DNA of 63,186 nucleotides, the filler included, from Diploschistes diacapsis (Eukaryota), in NCBI GenBank assembly GCA_023645945.1. It is 21 parts of 21 records of this genome, joined end to end, with 100 filler letters (N's around TTAATTAATTAA, not from the genome) between each part and the next. Parts side by side here need not be neighbours in the genome. Positions count along the whole stretch, not along the records: positions 60,743 to 61,914 come from JALAIB010003731.1; positions 62,015 to 63,186 come from JALAIB010003732.1; 19 more parts are not named here. One strand, given 5' to 3'. Shown here one piece after another: positions 61,336 through 63,186 of this stretch. Within the stretch, counting starts at the first letter, position 1. The number at the start of each line of letters is the position of its first letter. Both the position numbers and the translations under genes were made by a program. A model generated the notes under the pieces. That model saw only the letters and a list, made by a program, of their open reading frames with translations. It made no database searches and was not told the origin of the DNA.

Positions 61336-61914
61336 ACGTATATACATAACGAGCGGACACTCATAGCGAACGGATAACCCCCATCCGATTTTACGAACTT
61401 TCAATTTTTATATCAATTTTCTACACGTACGCTTATAGAACCATTTTTAATTAAAAATAGAATCATAATAACATTTTAGGCTATCAAACAAGACCTAAAT
61501 CGTAGCATAATACGCGCATTTTAAAGATAGAAGATTCCTCGTACGACGCTTATTACTCGACGCGATAATCGTACTTTAAGATACGATATCTCAGCCTATT
61601 TAATAGATTTAATTTTATTAAAAGAAAAAACGATTCATAAACGTACGATTAATTTAATAGAATATAATTTTCCGTCGCGATAGAACGACATACGCGATAT
61701 AATCAATTTAATACGCGTAGCTCGAAATACGCGGCCGGTCGGATCACGATAAACACAAAATTTCGTACGAAGGCAAAAAATGTTTAAAATGCGATTTCAC
61801 TATAAAATCGATTATGAAAAAGTATTAATATTGGTTAAAACGCTTTTAGAATTATTTAAAACCTCGTACGATAAATAGATATCGTTTATTAATACTTAAT
61901 GATCATCATAATTA
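61336..61914 (+). mobile_element. RIP-mutated Fot1/Pot transposon 5' end (TIR + HTH-psq/CENP-B)
   Basis: TA-ACGTATATACATAACGAGCGGACAC TIR; IPRTTL, FPSR*NDIRDIINL, PVGSR*TQNFVRRQ. Confidence 0.85.
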
Positions 61915-63186
61915 NNNNNNNNNNNNNNNNNNNNNNNNNNNNNNNNNNNNNNNNNNNNTTAATTAATTAANNNNNNNNNNNNNNNNNNNNNNNNNNNNNN
62001 NNNNNNNNNNNNNNGAATAAAAGGTTATGTAAAATAAAATTACGAAAAGGTCGTTAACGGGATTACGACGTTTACGATGCTGTTATATTATTTAAAAATA
62101 TAATGTCTTTTAAAAACAATCGGTCTTAATCGAAAAGATATCTAAATGAATTAATAGATTAAATGATTCCGTTTGTGGGAAAATGATAAGTAAATAAACG
62201 GAAGGCATGGCTGTAAGCTCGAATTATTTTAAGAGATTTATTAAAAGAACCTGGGAAATTCAGTTCAAATAAACTTACCGAGATTAAATTTAGTTCAGTT
62301 TAACTGAACCTTATAAAATCCGGTAGAATCCTAACTAGATCGATTAGGTGTAGTATGGGTAGTAGAACTTAGCGAGTCCCGTGGGGTATAAAAGTCTGCA
62401 CAGTAGGATTACTTCCTAGGACAAGACCTCTAGACTTCAATATATCCATAACGTTGCCAAACAAAATCTATTCGATTAAATATATAAAAACGAATAATAT
62501 CAACGATAATATAGCTGTTATAATTATCTATAATTAATAAACGACGCGTTTCGGGTCGATTCAGTCTAATTAAAGACTTAAAGATACGTATAAATTATTA
62601 ATAATCGTATCTATCTATTGGGCAACGAATGTATTGAAGTCTTAAGATCTGTCTAAGAGGAATAACCTACATGCAAGCCTTTATACCTATGGGATCCGTT
62701 AAGCCCTACAGGCTTGCGTTACTCCCAATCCGGATTAGTAGGAACCCAAGTGGGTTCAGCTGAACCTTCCAGCCATACATTCTGTTTACCTGCTTAACAC
62801 TCCCCTACGGGCGGAATCATCGATATATTCATTTAATTCAGCTAGATGTCTTCTATAATAATCCAAGTCCTTTAATAAACATATCATACTTAATATAATT
62901 TAGTAACTTTATTAATCCGTTAATAATTATTTTATTAATAAATATATAAATAACATTAATATGGTCTCGCTTAATTAGATCCCGTATATAATAATAAATA
63001 ATATCCATATGTTTTAGTCTATCGTTAATCCTCGCGTGTTTTATTAGATTAAAAAAATTAATATTATCTCCTAATTGTTGAGAAGGCAGGCAGAATGCAT
63101 GACTGGGAAGTTCAGCTGAACCTCAGGTTTAGGTTTAGTTCAGCTGAATTTATTAGGGTTCCTATTAATCCTAACCGGGAGTAATG

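Overview
Draft genome of a filamentous ascomycete (GT-AG introns with CTAAC/CTGAC branch sites; RIP-mutated transposons). The window is not contiguous. It is 21 contigs joined by 20 artificial 100-nt linkers (44 N + TTAATTAATTAA + 44 N): two of about 19.4 kb (1-19436, 19537-38969) and nineteen of about 1.17 kb. Contig 1 holds a DHH/RecJ-like phosphoesterase, a 14-exon dynamin-family (SLIP-GC-like) GTPase, a WrbA/Pst2 quinone reductase, deoxyribose-phosphate aldolase, a Gly-rich protein, pseudogenes (P450, GNAT, saccharopine-dehydrogenase-like) and a palindromic MITE pair. Contig 2 holds HGH1, an uncharacterised double OB-fold protein and then a ~14 kb decaying accessory island, followed by RNPS1 and BUD13. 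The island contains an intact NACHT-WD40 NLR with five hypervariable 126-nt repeats, a hAT-like/WD40 chimeric relic, a divergent HET pseudogene, a nucleotidyltransferase-like relic and further relics. The small contigs are mostly RIP-degraded nested Gypsy, Copia-like, Fot1/Pogo, Tc1 and hAT elements, plus fragments of ANT1, cystinosin, CTF4 and a conserved membrane protein. The best candidate for an undescribed system is the NLR-HET-NTase island; the double OB-fold protein and the DHH/dynamin pair come next. All family calls are from motif recognition by eye, and no searches were run.
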